From the NCBI GenBank assembly GCA_964016885.1, contig OZ024745.1, positions 7,812,001-7,876,000 of the forward strand: a DNA stretch of 64,000 nt, read 5' to 3'. The position numbers and the translations under genes are program-made. The notes under the pieces are model-generated. The model searched no databases and was not told the DNA's origin. It worked only from the letters and a program-made list of their open reading frames with translations. The stretch comes from Eledone cirrhosa (Eukaryota). Below, piece by piece: positions 24,767 to 38,543 of this stretch (positions within the stretch are counted from its first letter, which is position 1; each line of letters opens with the position of its first letter).

Positions 24767-27584
24767 GATTTGTAGACAGGAAAAAGTTAAAAGAAACAAC
24801 AGCTAAGGTAAACAAAGTCATCCCATACCTTGAGGCGAGGAGCCTTCACCAGTGCAACAATATCCTCAAAGCAACAGCAAATACGGTGAGGAAACTACTT
24901 GGTATAAAAGCGAGAGGAAACAACAGACAAGAAAGAGCAGAGCCTTGGTGGAAGAAACGACTGAGTGGTCAAATCAGGGAAATGAGAAATGACATTGGAA
25001 AGCTTGAGACCCTACTGAATGGGACACTAAAAAACATAGACACTAAAAATAGACTGGAAATAAAGTACAAAACTAGGAGGAAAAAGCTAAATATTATCAT
25101 AGAGGAACTGAAGCAACGCATTGTAGCAAAGAGTGCAAAAATCAGGCGATACGAGAGCAGAGTCAGTCAGTATAGACAGAACCGCATGTTCGACAACAAT
25201 CAGAAGATGCTGTTTGGACAGCTTGAAGGGAAAGAAAGAGGCAACGACTTGATCCCTGAGGCGGAACAAACTAAAACATTCTGGAGAGGAATATGGGAGC
25301 AGGATGTTAAACATAATGACCAGGCAGTGTGGATTGAGACAGTACAGAAGGAGATTAGTGAACAGACACACCAACAAACTGATTTGAGTATCACAGTTGA
25401 AACTCTTAAGGGGAAGGCCAAAAAACTAACCAATTGGAAATCACCAGGCCCAGATGGTGTGCAGGGGTATTGGATTAAAAATATAACATCCCTCCACCCG
25501 AAACTGACAACCATGTTCAATGACTGCTTGATGTCAGGTGAGGTACCAGAGTAGTTGACAAAAGGTACCACAGTTCTGGTAATAAAAGACCGAATCAAGG
25601 GTAATGATGTTACCAACTATAGACCTATCACATGTCTGTCCGTAATGTGGAAACTGTTGACAAGCATTATGTCTGAGGAAATCTACCATCACCTCCACAC
25701 AAACAACTTGTTACCGGACGAACAGAAAGGATGCCGAAAGAAGTCCCCTGGTACAAAGGACCAGTTACTTATTGATAAGATGGTAATGAGGAATTGCAAG
25801 AGGAGACACACTGGTCTTGCCATGGGATGGATAGACTACAAAAAGGCATTTGACATGGTGCCTCATTCTTGGATCACCAAAAGCCTGGAGATCTTCAAGG
25901 TGGCAGATAACAACAGACAGTTGTTGGGCAAAAGTATGAAGTCCTGGGAAACAGTGTTAACATCAACTGGAGAATCCTTGGGAAGCGTGAAGATCAAGAG
26001 AGGTATCTTCCAGGGAGATAGTCTGTCCCCTCTGTTGTTTGTCCTTGCCCTGATGCCCCTGACCAGTGTACTGCGAAAAGTGAGAGCAGGATACAGGTTG
26101 GGAAAGGGAGGGCTTACCATCAATCACCTCCTCTTCATGGACGATCTTAAGCTCTTCGGGAAGAGTGAGAAGGAGTTGGATGTGCTTGTTGACACTGTCC
26201 GTATTTTCAGCAATGATATATGTATGCAATTTGGTATTAGTAAGTGTGGAGTCATTGTGATGAAGAGGGGTAAGTTGAGCAGAAGTAACGGAATCCAGGT
26301 ACCAACAGGTGAGATGATAAAGGAAATTGACTCTGAAGAAGGATACAAGTATTTGGGCGTTCTGGAGGCTGATGACATCAAGAACAATAAAATGAAGGAA
26401 TTGATAAGAACTGAAGACATTCGGAGAGTAAGGGGCGTATTAAAGTCACATCTGAACAGTAGGAATGCCATAAGTGCAGTAAATTCCCGAGCTGTGTCTA
26501 TTATTAGGTACAGTGCGGGAATTCTGAGATGGAATGTTGCTGAACAAAAAGAAATGGATAGGAAGACTAGGAAGCTATTGACTATCTACAACATGTTCCA
26601 CAAGAGAAGTGATGTCGATAGACTCTACTTAAGGAGATCTGAAGGTGGAAGATGTCTTATCAGTATAGAGGACTGTGTTCAGATGGAGAAAAATAACCTA
26701 CACAAATACGTGACTGATAGTAAGGAGCCAATGCTCAGAACTGTACTGAAGGAGGGGACAATAGGCCAGGGATGTCCAAGGAGGAAATAACATCAAGGAG
26801 AAAGAGCAGCCTTCAGGAAAAATCCCTTCATAGTACCTTCTTTGAGAAAACTAAATTTAGAGATCCACAGACATGGAACTGGTTGAAAAGAGGAGACCTT
26901 AAAAAGGCTACAGAAGGAATGTTAATGGCTGTGCAGGAGCAGGCCCTCAAAACGAAGTGGTTGAAACACCATATTTACAAGGAGGAGGCTAGCCCACTGT
27001 GCAGGATCTGTGGAGAGAGAGGGGAGACTGTGGCTCACATTGGGTGATCCACTGGCACCTATGCAAAGTAAACAATTTACCACATTCTGAGAAATGGTAT
27101 GAGCATAAGCCAGAGCCGGTGATAGAAAACGATCAGGTGAAGGTGCTGTGGGATTTTAGGATACAGACGGACAAGAAACTGGAACACAGTAGACCTGACC
27201 TGGTGGTTGTGGACAAAGAAAAAAGATCGTGCCTGATTGTGGATGTGGCCTGCCCATTCGACACGAGAGTGCAAGAGAAGGAGAGGGAGAAAATTAACCG
27301 ATACCAGGACTTAAAGTGGGAGGTAAAAAGGATTTGGAACTGCCATGAAGTCAAGGTGATCTCGATTGTCATAGGCGCACTAGGGACTATCTCAAAAAGT
27401 TTCCAGGGATGGTTAAAGAAAATTGGCCCCTTCACGCTTTTTGGAACGCTTCAAAAGGCATGCTTGCTGGGAACAGCAAGAACCCTCCGATACGTCCTGA
27501 ATATCTGAGGCTGCAGGTAGTGGCTTGATATTCATTTCAACAAACTTTCCAGTTAACTAACATCAATGACTGAGACTCAAAGAG
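24767..27584 (+). mobile_element. R4/Dong-clade RT-REL retrotransposon, family D1, 5'-truncated copy 1
   Basis: [61 protein letters not shown]; stop at 25552-25554, frameshifts, and a deletion near 27042 removing RHD; ends in (TAA)n. Confidence 0.92.
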
Positions 27585-27591
27585 TAATAAC

Positions 27592-27633
<42 letters not shown>
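27585..27633. repeat. (AAT)n junction between a D1 tail and the Tx1-B tail (tail-to-tail)
   Basis: Directly visible. Confidence 0.95.
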
Positions 27634-27892
27634 TTCATTTATTGGCCACAAGGGCCGACATATAGGGGACAATACAAAAGACTGGGACATGGGGTTTTAC
27701 AGAAAAATCGAGTAAACAATATGAATAACAATAACAAAGTAACAATAAAGTAACAAGAAAATTACAAGAAAAAATTCCCCAATAGGGGGAATGACCACCT
27801 AGGGTTCGCTCAAGTACCCCACCAGTCCTGAACGACCCGACGCTTCGAGAGCCCCCTGGAAGGGCACCCTTATCCTCTTCAAATTTACCTAC

Positions 27893-30800
27893 CTACAGCC
27901 ACATGACCAGAGTAGGCCCACTCACACGGGCCACTCTCGTCACATTCACCCACCTTTCAGCAAATGTACTGGGGGGGGGGGGGGGGCAGCACTTCTCTCT
28001 GCACCCTCACCTTCCTTTCCAAGTGAAACTTGAAAAAGTTGATGAGGGATTGGCCGAAGAGAAAAGTGTCTGTCTTCAGTCCTTTTCAACCTGGTCCACC
28101 ATACAACCTCTTTCGCTACTGCCACCAGGCAGAGGAAAATTGACTGCTCTTCCTGGCCAAAAGAAGGCGGCGGGTCGATCTTTACTATGGACTCGGCCGA
28201 TAGCCGGATCCGTTCTACACGCGACAATAGCTGTTCGACATAACTCCACAAGTCAGTAATGCACGGACACTGGACGAGTGCGTACAGAACAGTTTCGTCG
28301 TTCTGTGCGCATCTCGGGCAGGTCCGTCTGACAGCACTTCCGTGCCTGTAGAGTTTATCCCGAACCGGCAGCGCCCCTCGGTAGCACTGCCAGGCGAGGG
28401 ATTTTTGGAAATTATCCATCGTGCCCGGCTCGAAAGTCCTCCGGTAGAGACTGGTTAGTTCGACTTCGTTGACTCCCAGATCCTCTCTGAGTGCGTCGTC
28501 GCACTTGCCCACCACTAATCCTCTATAGAACTCGAGAGTGGAAGTTCCACTGACTGCATTGCCCGCCTGGTAGAGGGCAGTGAGTGCCTGGCAACATTCC
28601 AGATGCCAGTCACCCAGTCTCGGTCTCTTCTTGACCCAGGACTGCAACTCAGTCAAAGAAACGAGCTGCGGAAAGGCCCGTCTGACAAACGGCGACCACA
28701 CCTGTTCACCGCTTAGTCAGAATATCTGGAGATTCCGCAGCCTCAACGCGTGCCTGCGCATCATTAGCCACGGCATGCCCAGCCCTCCACGTAGAGGGTG
28801 CTGGCAGCAGATGGACCGCCTCACCAGCGGAACCTGACCCCTCCACAATAATTTGAAGAGGAGCCGCTCCAAGATGGCGAGGCGCGAACGGGGGCAAGGG
28901 ACGACAGTCAGACGGTAGTAGATGACGGACGCGATGTACGCGTTCGCCACCTCCGCCAGACCTTTCAGTGATAGCTTCATCCCAGCCCATTTCTGGGTGA
29001 GACTGACTATCCTGCCCGTCACCTCGTCCCAAGTCTTATACACCTCGAGGTCTGGCCCGAACCAACCCCTAGCAACTTTACCGGTCCGTCCAGCGCCTAA
29101 CGACGCTGTTGGACGGCATGGACTTACCTCTCCAGGTGCTGAGTTGCAAGCCCACTGACTTTTCTGGGTTAAGTTTTGCTCCCATTAACCTTTCATATTC
29201 CTCCAATAAGTTGCCGACCACCTCGATTTCTGAGGTGTCCGACACCATCACGATGATGTCGTCCGCATAAGCCGACACAGCCCTTCCGCGTCCCGGTTCG
29301 AGCGGGATGCCCTGCAACAGCTCCAGCTTCCGCAGTAAAGGCTCGAGAGTCAATACGTACAGGAGGGAGGAGAGAGGGCACCTTTGACGAACCGACCGGG
29401 AGACCTGAAATGGTTCCGAGAGGTGGCCATTAATTTTGACCATCGAGCAGGTGCCGCTGTACATTGCAGCGATCCAGCTTCTGAAGACGGGGCCGAAGCC
29501 AGCCGCCTTGAGGACAGCCTCCAGGTACCGATGGTCGACCCTATCGAATGCTTTCGATTGATCTAAATTGATCAGAGACCCACCGAAGCGAGGTTTACAC
29601 CCTACCCTCTCTATGATGTATCGCATTAGGTGGAGGTTGTCGTGTATGGACCTGGTTGGGATTGCGCAAGTTTGCGCCTCCCCAACCAAATCCCCGACGA
29701 CAAGCGCCAACCTCTTCGCTAACACCCTGGCCAAAATCTGAGCAGAGTTATGGGCCTGAAATTGTCTAATGTGTCCCTCTTGTTCTCGTCTTTCCTTATC
29801 AGCGTCACTACGCCTCGGCTCACAGAACTGGGAATACTCCCGCTTTGCTGCCAGTTGCAGTAGAGGGCTTCTGGCATATTTACGTAAAGCTCGTAGGGCA
29901 GACCATCCAAACCGGGTGACTTGCGCCTCATGCAGCCAACAAGGGCATCCTGAATCTCGGCTGAAGTAATTGGCCTTTCGCAGCGCCCAGCGTCAGCCGT
30001 CGAGAGTTGCGGCAAGCCATCGAGGTAGGGACTGAAGTCCGTCAACATCTCTGACCCGCCACTTCCCCCGAACAACCGAGCACATCCTCTTGGAATCGCT
30101 TAGCTTGTGCCCGTGTCGGTCCGTCAAAGACCGAATCGTGGTTTTATTACCACGCTGCGCCTCTGCCAGGCGGGCCCATCGAACAGCTTTGGTTCCCTCG
30201 TTTCTCAGAGCACGCGCCTTAGCTCTGACAATGCAACCTTCGTGTTTCGCATTGAAGAAATGGTCTAATGCCATTCTCGCCGCTAGCACATCAGTTGCAA
30301 TGCCACTACCAATAGCCCCGTCTAACTTATCTACTAACTCCCCCTCCTTTCTATTTTTCTCTAATGCTACTTCTTTGCTAAACTCTATCGACATTACTCT
30401 AATCTCTCTTTTGAGAGCCCCCCATCATCTATTGTTGACGACTCCCCCTGTCAACTTTTTCTTAACTAAATTGTTGACCTGGTCTCTGAAAGCCTTACGT
30501 GCCGGAAATGACATGTTTAGCTTCCAGTAATCAGGTCCTAACCTACGCGTCTTATCTAGGTCAACCATACAGATCACAAACTTGTGATCTGAATAGGCGA
30601 CCGTTTCAAAACGTGGACAGCTTACACTATTTCTGTCTATTTTCTTAATGAATATCCTGTCTATATACGATCTAGATGACCCTATGCTGTTAGCCCAGGT
30701 CCACACTGGCGCATTAGGGAAATCTAGTCGGTACCTGTCAGACAGTTAGAACTGGCTGATCAGGTTCTTGAGGCTTTTGCACTCCCCGCTCCTATCGGAT

Positions 30801-31263
30801 ACTCCCACACAGTCCCAGCGTACGTCTAAGATGCCGTTCCAGTCCCCCGCTAACAGTAAAGGGTGAGACGTACCCAGAAAGGCTTCCAGGCGTCTAAAGA
30901 AGTTCGGCCTTCCTGCCCCAGTAGGAGCATAGACGGCCACCAGTCTAAAGGCACCACCTTCATTATTGTTCACGTCCAGGACCACCAACTTCTCGTCCGG
31001 GTCCCGGAAGATCGACCTTACCTCGAGATCCAGGCCTTTCTAAACAGCACTGCCACCCCGCCTCCCATTCCCGGCCGGCTAACAGATGCAAAGATCTGAT
31101 AGTCGTCGAAAATGGGGGCTAGTGCGCGCGTGTCGGAAATCCTGGTCTCGCTGACTGCAATTACATCCATTTCTATAGACCTGAGGTCTTTGAGCAGGTG
31201 ACCCTGCTTCTAGGACGATCCCAGGCCTCGAACATTTAAACATCCTACTCTTAATACGGCCAT
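27893..31263 (-). pseudogene. Tx1-B ORF2 APE-RT-CCHC (multiple stops and frameshifts)
   Basis: MAVLRVGCLNVRGL start, VYAPTGAG, GDWN, SDH, KSPGLDG, DQSKAFD, YADD, CPRCAQNDET. Confidence 0.92.
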
Positions 31264-31298
31264 GTTGGCAGGTTAAACAGAGAGAGAGGAAGGTTTAC

Positions 31299-33272
31299 TT
31301 ACCTTCCGGGCTCTTGTGAAGGTCGGGTTGTTCGACCTCCATAGTTAGTGGGATTTCTTTGGGAACCCCTTTAAAATTCTTGAAGTGGGTTTTACGTTCA
31401 GGCTTCCCACGCCCCGAGGAAAGCTGTCTTGTATTTCTTTGAATATGTCGAGCGACATTCGCACCAGAACCAAATCTTCCGGCACGCGAAATGTGCTCGA
31501 TTTAAAAATGTCCTCCACTTTTTGTATATTTTCACTTCGTGCTACGAGGGCCATCAGTTTCTTGTTGACCCTCCTGACGAGCACGAAGTATTGTATGTTT
31601 TGTTGGTGTGATTTTATTTGTTTGCGTGGCTGTGGGTGTGATGGTTTTGGTGGTGTTGTTTCGGTTGTATCTGTGTTTGTTGTGAGTGCGGTGTCTGTGG
31701 TTTCAGATGTTTGTGTGTATATTTGTTCTTGCGTCTGTTTCGGTTGTTTGCGTTTGGGAGATTCTGGTGATGGTGATGGTGGTGTTGATGTTGGTGTTAT
31801 TGGAGAGATGTTTGCGTGGGTGGTGTCTGCGTTTTTTATTGTGGGTGCTTTTGTGCTTTGTTGATTTTTCTTTTTCTTTTTGTGTTTCCTTTTTTGTATT
31901 TTGGGGGATTTGGGATTTCCCTCATTTTCACTACTGGTAGATGAGGGGTCTGTGTCTGTAAGTGTGTCTGTATGTATGTTTATGGTTTTATTGGTGTGTG
32001 TATTTTTGGGGGGAGGGGGAATTTGACAGCTTTCCTCGTTTCCCCCCTGGGTGGTCAATGTTGGTGGTGGTCTTTCTATTGGTGTTGTTGTTGGTGGTTT
32101 TGCCGGTGCTGGTGTTGGTTGTGGTCCTCGCCCCGGCGTCGGCAGCAGTGGAGCCTTTCGACTCCTTGCCACTTTCAGCAGTTGAGGGCAGAAGACTCGC
32201 AAATGGGTTTTTTTCTCCACAAACAAAACACTGCGGCCTTTTGCCTTCGGTCATAATGTGAATGACCGTCCCATTCTGAAGGCGGATGTGGTCCGGGATT
32301 GTCTTCACATTCTCGGGCCTGATCTGGAGAAGGATCTCCAGGTCAACCCCGGATCAGTCCTCTCTGGCCGTTCTGGTCACTTCTATAGGGACTGTATCCG
32401 TCCCCTCCAAAATCACACATCCCAGAAGCCACCACATGTCAAGTCCTGGTGGGATTCTGGGAAAGTGGAGACGGGCCGTTCTTTCTCCCATGTGGGAGGG
32501 GTACATTATGATCTTGCTGGTTTTGCAAGGAGTCATAGCGTGTTTTATAGCGAGGGCTTCTGACTTGAACAACACCGAAATGGTGCCGTACTGTCTGCCC
32601 CTCTCTATGTACTGGGTGTCTTCTCTGATGCACCTCAGCGCGACTTCGACATCTTCTTGTGGGATTAAAGCTGCCCTTTTGGTTTGTGCTGAGATGCATC
32701 TATAATGCACCGTTTTGCGCTCCACTGCCTCAATAGCTTCTACCGGGACAGTTAAGTTGGCCCAAGTTTGCTCTTGCTTGATGAGCTTCCATGCCTGGGC
32801 CAACTTTCATCTTTGTTTGAGAGGTCCATGTTGAAGCATGGCCTCTTTTTTGCTGCTGCCGCAGCGAAAGTGTTCTTCTTGTTTTCATTGGGGGTTTTGT
32901 TGTCGTTGTTCTTGTTGGTGTTGTTGTTAGCACTGTCGCTGTTATCATTGTTGTCTTTGTTGCCACCGTTGTTCTCGGTGCAGTTGGTATTGTTGCTGTT
33001 GGTGTTGTCGCTATTTGTTTTCATGTTAGTGGTGTTGATATTGTTGTTGTATTTGTTTTGTTTTTTTTGTTATCTGTATTTTCGTTGTCACTGTTACTGT
33101 CATTTTTTTCAAAATTAGAGTTCTTATTGGTATCATTGGTGTCTTTGTTTACCTTGTTTGTGGTGGTGTTTGTGTTATCAATGTGTGTTAATTTCGCTGT
33201 AGCGCTCCTCTCAACTTCCACGTCGTTGTCGCACGACAGCCGATATATCGCTGGGGCGCGTGGCTCACCCAT
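31299..33272 (-). pseudogene. Tx1-B ORF1 (frameshifted)
   Basis: Starts MGEPRAP; pieces YIERGRQYGTISVLF and EGKRPQCFVCGEK/THLRVFC are homologous to Tx1-A ORF1. Confidence 0.8.
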
Positions 33273-33468
33273 GTTTTTTTTTCTTCGTAAATTTTTTAAC
33301 ATGTAAAACAAAGTTCAAATATTTGGGCCAAAAGGCCCAAATATTATACTTTCCCCTTCACGGGGCAAAGTCTAAGAGCTTATATCCCTTACACAACAAG
33401 AAATATTTAACAACAAATAATTTTAACAGGCAAATAAAGCGACTTACTGTGACCAATAATAATAGACC

Positions 33469-33598
<130 letters not shown>

Positions 33599-34440
33599 CG
33601 CACGAGGTGGTAGAAGGTCATGAAATCGCTCCCGTAAGTTTTTGATTTTTAACATATTTAAATCAATTGTGAAATAACAATTCTTAGTACAAATGTTGCA
33701 TAATCCACCGAATGAAGTCCCATACAATTTCGGATCCATATTATATTGTTATATCGCTCAAATATTCAATTTTGTATTATATATTTTGTATTAAAAAAAA
33801 AAGAAAATGGTTATAAATGGAAGAAAACACCCTTTGTCTACACTATATAGAACAGCCAAATAACAGCAATTTCACCAACACCAGAAAGTTGATACACCAC
33901 CTATCCCATCACACTAAATATAACAGCCAGATAACGGCAATTTCACCACCACCACCATCAATCCCGGCATGATAATAATAATTACTATTATTATTGTCTC
34001 AAATTTTAACAAAATGTTTAATCCCAATTTTACGGGAATATGTCAACACAATATATATTAAACATACGAACACAAACTCATAGATACTACATATCACGAA
34101 ACCCAGTAACCACAACGCCACCGCCGCCACCACCCCATCCATCATCTTGCTACCACTATCCCATCGCCGCTGCCACCACTCCTTCATTGCTACCACCACT
34201 ATTCCCCTGTTAACTTGAGAGAGAACGGGGAAGGAGGCGGTATCACTAGACAAGGGAGAGGCTAGCAAAAGATATAAATAGATTGACTTAGTGACCTGGC
34301 CACCGGCCAAACGTCAACAGCAACAACTATGGGACTGCTGGCTCACCCCTTCGTCACCAACAATATAAAAAGCCCCGGCACCACCACCGACATAGCCAAC
34401 AACAATAACAGGCAACTACAGCTAAAAGCATATTATATTA

Positions 34441-34498
34441 TTGTAATGCACTGGGTGATTGCTGGCCTTGTGCCTGGAGTGGAGACAATTATTAATAA
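34441..34498 (+). mobile_element. S1 SINE 3' tail fragment
   Basis: gtaatgcactgggtgattgctggccttgtgcc...gacaattatt matches the reverse complement of 47480-47525. Confidence 0.7.
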
Positions 34499-34568
34499 TT
34501 TCATTCTTAAGCCACGCAATGCTCACATTAAGGAACCACTCATTTAAAAAAAAACAACAAAAAGAAAA

Positions 34569-37500
34569 CCCCGTGACCAAGAAATACCGGGATGGTGGCC
34601 GGCGGGGAATAGCCGTGTCTCTAGGGGAGAACGACCCCTCTAGTCTTGGTTGACACTCGTTCTAGAAGTGGTAACACGAAATGATTACCCCTTGGCGGAT
34701 AAGGATAAAACGCGACAAAATAAAGTAAATGTCTAATGATAAAATCTCATACCGGATCGACCGTCACCCGGGTAAAAAAGGGCCGCGTCCCTCAGAGAGG
34801 AACCAGACTGGGGTCGAAAAATCAGCTAATGGTTCAAACCTTCCCATCACTTCGGAGCTGGAGACCTCCCATAACCGGAATACTCCTACTGTTGGCCCTC
34901 CATGCTCACCACCAAGAAATCCAAAGAAAAAGAGAGAAAATGGTCAAGGGAAGATAATAAAGAAGTCCTTGAGGCTTTCTACACTGCCATGTACTACCCA
35001 TCAAATACATCGAATACAGAACAGACATATATCAACTGGAAAAAGAAACATCCCGAAAACAGAGGCTATATTGACAGTAACAAACTAGCCAATATACGAA
35101 GAAATATTGTAAGAAAAAAGTTACTAACTGATATAGAAATTGATCAGATCAAGCTAGTAGCACAAAGTCAGCGAAGGGAAAATGAAACATGTGTCAGTGA
35201 AAATGAGGTAAACTGTAACACTTCGAACCCCAGGGTTGGGGCGGAATCACTGGCAACAGAACAAATTAAAGAAAGGATCGAAAAAGTGGAGGGAGTGCAT
35301 GCTCAGGATGAAACTCCAAATGAAAATAATGAGATCGTAAATGATAAAGAAATGAATGAGAATGAACTTGCCAACTTGAAGGATGAAATTATGATCGAAT
35401 GGATGAAAATGAAAGAATCTGACATGGGGCAACGAGACACCCTCCCTAAGATCCAGAACTCCAAACAGAACCAAAAGATAATACACAAGACTAACATAAT
35501 TCTCAAAAACATTATCATCACAAACAAACTAAACATTACTGATTTAAATCATCTCTATTATGCATCGGCTAAAGTCACCACTCACTTATGTGGAGTGAAG
35601 ATGTAAAAACAAAGGAATTCCCACAAGAAATCTACTTGGCAAGAGAACATCAATCGCCAAATAAACCTTCTCCGATCTGACATAGAAATTTTAACAAACT
35701 ATAAAGTAGGTGAACATGTTAAACAAAGTAAACTTAGAAAATTGAAAAAAAAGTACAGTATAAAATCAACATGTGACATAGACATGCTGATAGAAATAAT
35801 CAAGCAAAAAGTGTCGGCCAAAGCTGCTCGTATAAGGCGCTTTGAAAAACGATCTAGATTCTATAAGGACAATAATATGTTCAAAAACAACCAAAGAAAC
35901 TTCTACAGAAAAATTGGTAAGTCAACAATAACTGCTAAATCAATACCACCCAAGGAGGAAGTGCAAGAATTCTGGGAAAAGATCTGGGCCGAAGAAAAAG
36001 TTCATAACATACATGCCCCATGGATAGACAGACAAATGAAAGATACAGCTCACCTTGAGGAACAAATATGGGAAAATATAACAGTTGAACAGTTGCGCTT
36101 GGCTCTAAGAAAAACCAGCAAATGGAAATCCCCAGGAAAAGACAAAATACAAAACTTTTGGATAAATGCCTTCACAGAGTCTCATGAGCTGTTAGCCCAA
36201 CTTTACAATGAAATAGTTAAGGAGCCAGAAAAGATACCATCATCGCTAGTTAACGGCATTACATTCCTGCTTCCGAAGAATGATGAGACAAACAATCCCA
36301 AATATTACAGACCGATAACTTGCTTGACCACAATGTATAAAATTTTAACATCAGTCCTAACTGAATACACATATGACCACCTGATAACAAATGACCTATT
36401 TCCCATTGAGCAGAAAGGGTGTAAACGAGGCTCATATGGCTGTAAGGATCAGCTTCTGGTTAACAAAATGATACTGGAAGATTGTCATAATAGACACAAA
36501 AATCTATCGATTGCTTGGATAGATTATAAAAAAGCATTCGATAGTTTGCCACACGGTTGGATTGAAAGATGTTTAGAGATTTTCAAAATATCCCCCGTTG
36601 TCAGGAGGTTTTTGTCATTCAGTATGAAGACATGGAAAACGACACTCCTTTTGAATAGTGAAACAAAATCACTGGAAGCTGGAGAAGTTAATATTAATTG
36701 TGGAATTTTTCAGGGTGACTCTTTATCACCGCTTTTATTCTGCATCGCTCTTATACCATTAAGTAAAATGCTCAATGAAACAAAACATGGATATAAAGTC
36801 TATGACAAAACCATTAATCACCTGTTCTACATGGATGACCTGAAACTATTTGCAAAAAATGATGAACAATTGCAAGGGCTATTATCCACTGTGGAGCAGT
36901 TCAGTGATGACATTAAAATGGAGTTTGGACTAGATAAATGCGCCAAAGCAACGTTCACCAGAGGAAAGCTGCTGAAGAGTTCAGACATTAATCTTGATCG
37001 GGGGAACGTGATAAGAGAACTTGATCAAGAAAAAACTTACAAATATCTAGGTGTTTGTGAAGGAGACGGAATCAAGCACTCGACAATGAGGGAAAGGATA
37101 AGGAAGGAATGTTACCGCAGAGTAAGAGCAATCTTAAGAACGGAATTGAATGCAAGGAATAGGATCGATGCCATAAACACGCTTGCCATACCAGTAGTAA
37201 CCTACAGTTACAATGTCATCAACTGGTCAAGCACAGAGATCCGTAGGCTCGATACAAAAATTCGAAAATTCTTAACCATGCACAGAATGCATCACCCTAA
37301 GGCAGATATAGATAGAATATATCTCCCTAGGAAAGAAGGAGGACGTGGGTTAATCCAGTTAGACATTGCGTTGAAAACTGCGACAATTGGATTATCTACA
37401 TATCTAAGGGAATCACATGATTGGATGATCAAACTCGTTTTGAAACACGAAAGCATCAAAAGATCATATTCCATTACAAAAGATGCACAAAGATACAGAA

Positions 37501-38520
37501 TGGACTACAAATTTCAGAAGTCCCATTTACTGCTGAAATGGAAAACACAGAAAAAGCAAAGCAGGTAAAAGTAACTGCAAAGAAAGAACTGCTACAGAAA
37601 CTGGCTAAGAAATGGCAAGAAAAGCCTCTGTATGGAAAATACCCAGAGCGAGCTAACAATCCTGATGTTGACAAAACTTTAACCCATCAGTGGTTGGCAT
37701 CCTCTGGACTGAAATCGGAGACTGAAGGACTGATTATATCGGCACAAGATCAGTGTCTGCCAACAAAAAATTACCAAGCCAACATAATAAAAAATGGATG
37801 CAGCCCATTATGCCGTGTATACAAAAAACAACCAGAGACCATTGACCATATAATTTCAATGTGCAGTCCTATAGCTCCAACCGAATACCTAAACAGGCAT
37901 GACAGAGCTGCACAATACATACATTGGATAATGTGTAAGCATTTTGACCCGCCCTATCAAAAGAATTGGTGGGAGCATCAACCACCTCCCATACTTGAAA
38001 AAGATCACATCTCAATCTTGTGGAACTTTAGCATCCAAACAGACCGAAAAATAGATGCAAATAGACCTGATATAATATTGGAGGACTTTAAAAAGAGGGT
38101 ATGCCTGCTAATTGATATGTCTGTTCCAATAGACAAGAATGTATCTATAAAAACATTTGAAAAATTGAGCAAGTATAAGGACCTGGAGATAGAAATTGGA
38201 AAAATGTGGAAATTGAGAACTAAAACAATACCAGTGGTTGTAGGCGCTCTGGGAATGATACCTAAGGGGTCTATTGATTACTTATCGCAAATCCCAGGAA
38301 ACCCGCGTATAGGAGAAATACAAAAGATAGTACTAATGGGAACTGCCCATATACTAAGGAAGATTCTGTCAATATAAGTACATCACAAGTCTAAACACTA
38401 AAGATGCATGTGTGAGTATGTATGTTCTTTCTTGAACATGGCGGACCTTGTTGTCTCTTGAGGTCACTGGTTGTGACTTGGTGATAACTCGTATGAACAT
38501 AAAGCAAGATAAATGCAACT
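34569..38520 (+). mobile_element. R4/Dong-clade RT-REL retrotransposon, family D2, apparently full-length
   Basis: Structured 5' UTR, a single disrupted ORF and a 3' UTR ending gataaatgcaact followed by (ATA)n; the exact 5' end is uncertain (34499-34569). Confidence 0.9.
34729..38377 (+). pseudogene. D2 polyprotein: N-terminal domain, RT, CCHC, restriction-like endonuclease
   Basis: [80 protein letters not shown]; frameshifts near 34900 and 37500, stop at 35604-35606. Confidence 0.92.
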
Positions 38521-38543
38521 ATAATAATAATAATAATAATAAT

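Larger units (their letters stand above)
27634..33468 (-). mobile_element. Full-length, decayed Tx1/L1-clade element (Tx1-B), a different family from Tx1-A
   Basis: ORF1 and ORF2 remnants; 3' end CCCTTGTGGCCAATAAATGAA; both ends abut (AAT)n. Confidence 0.9.
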
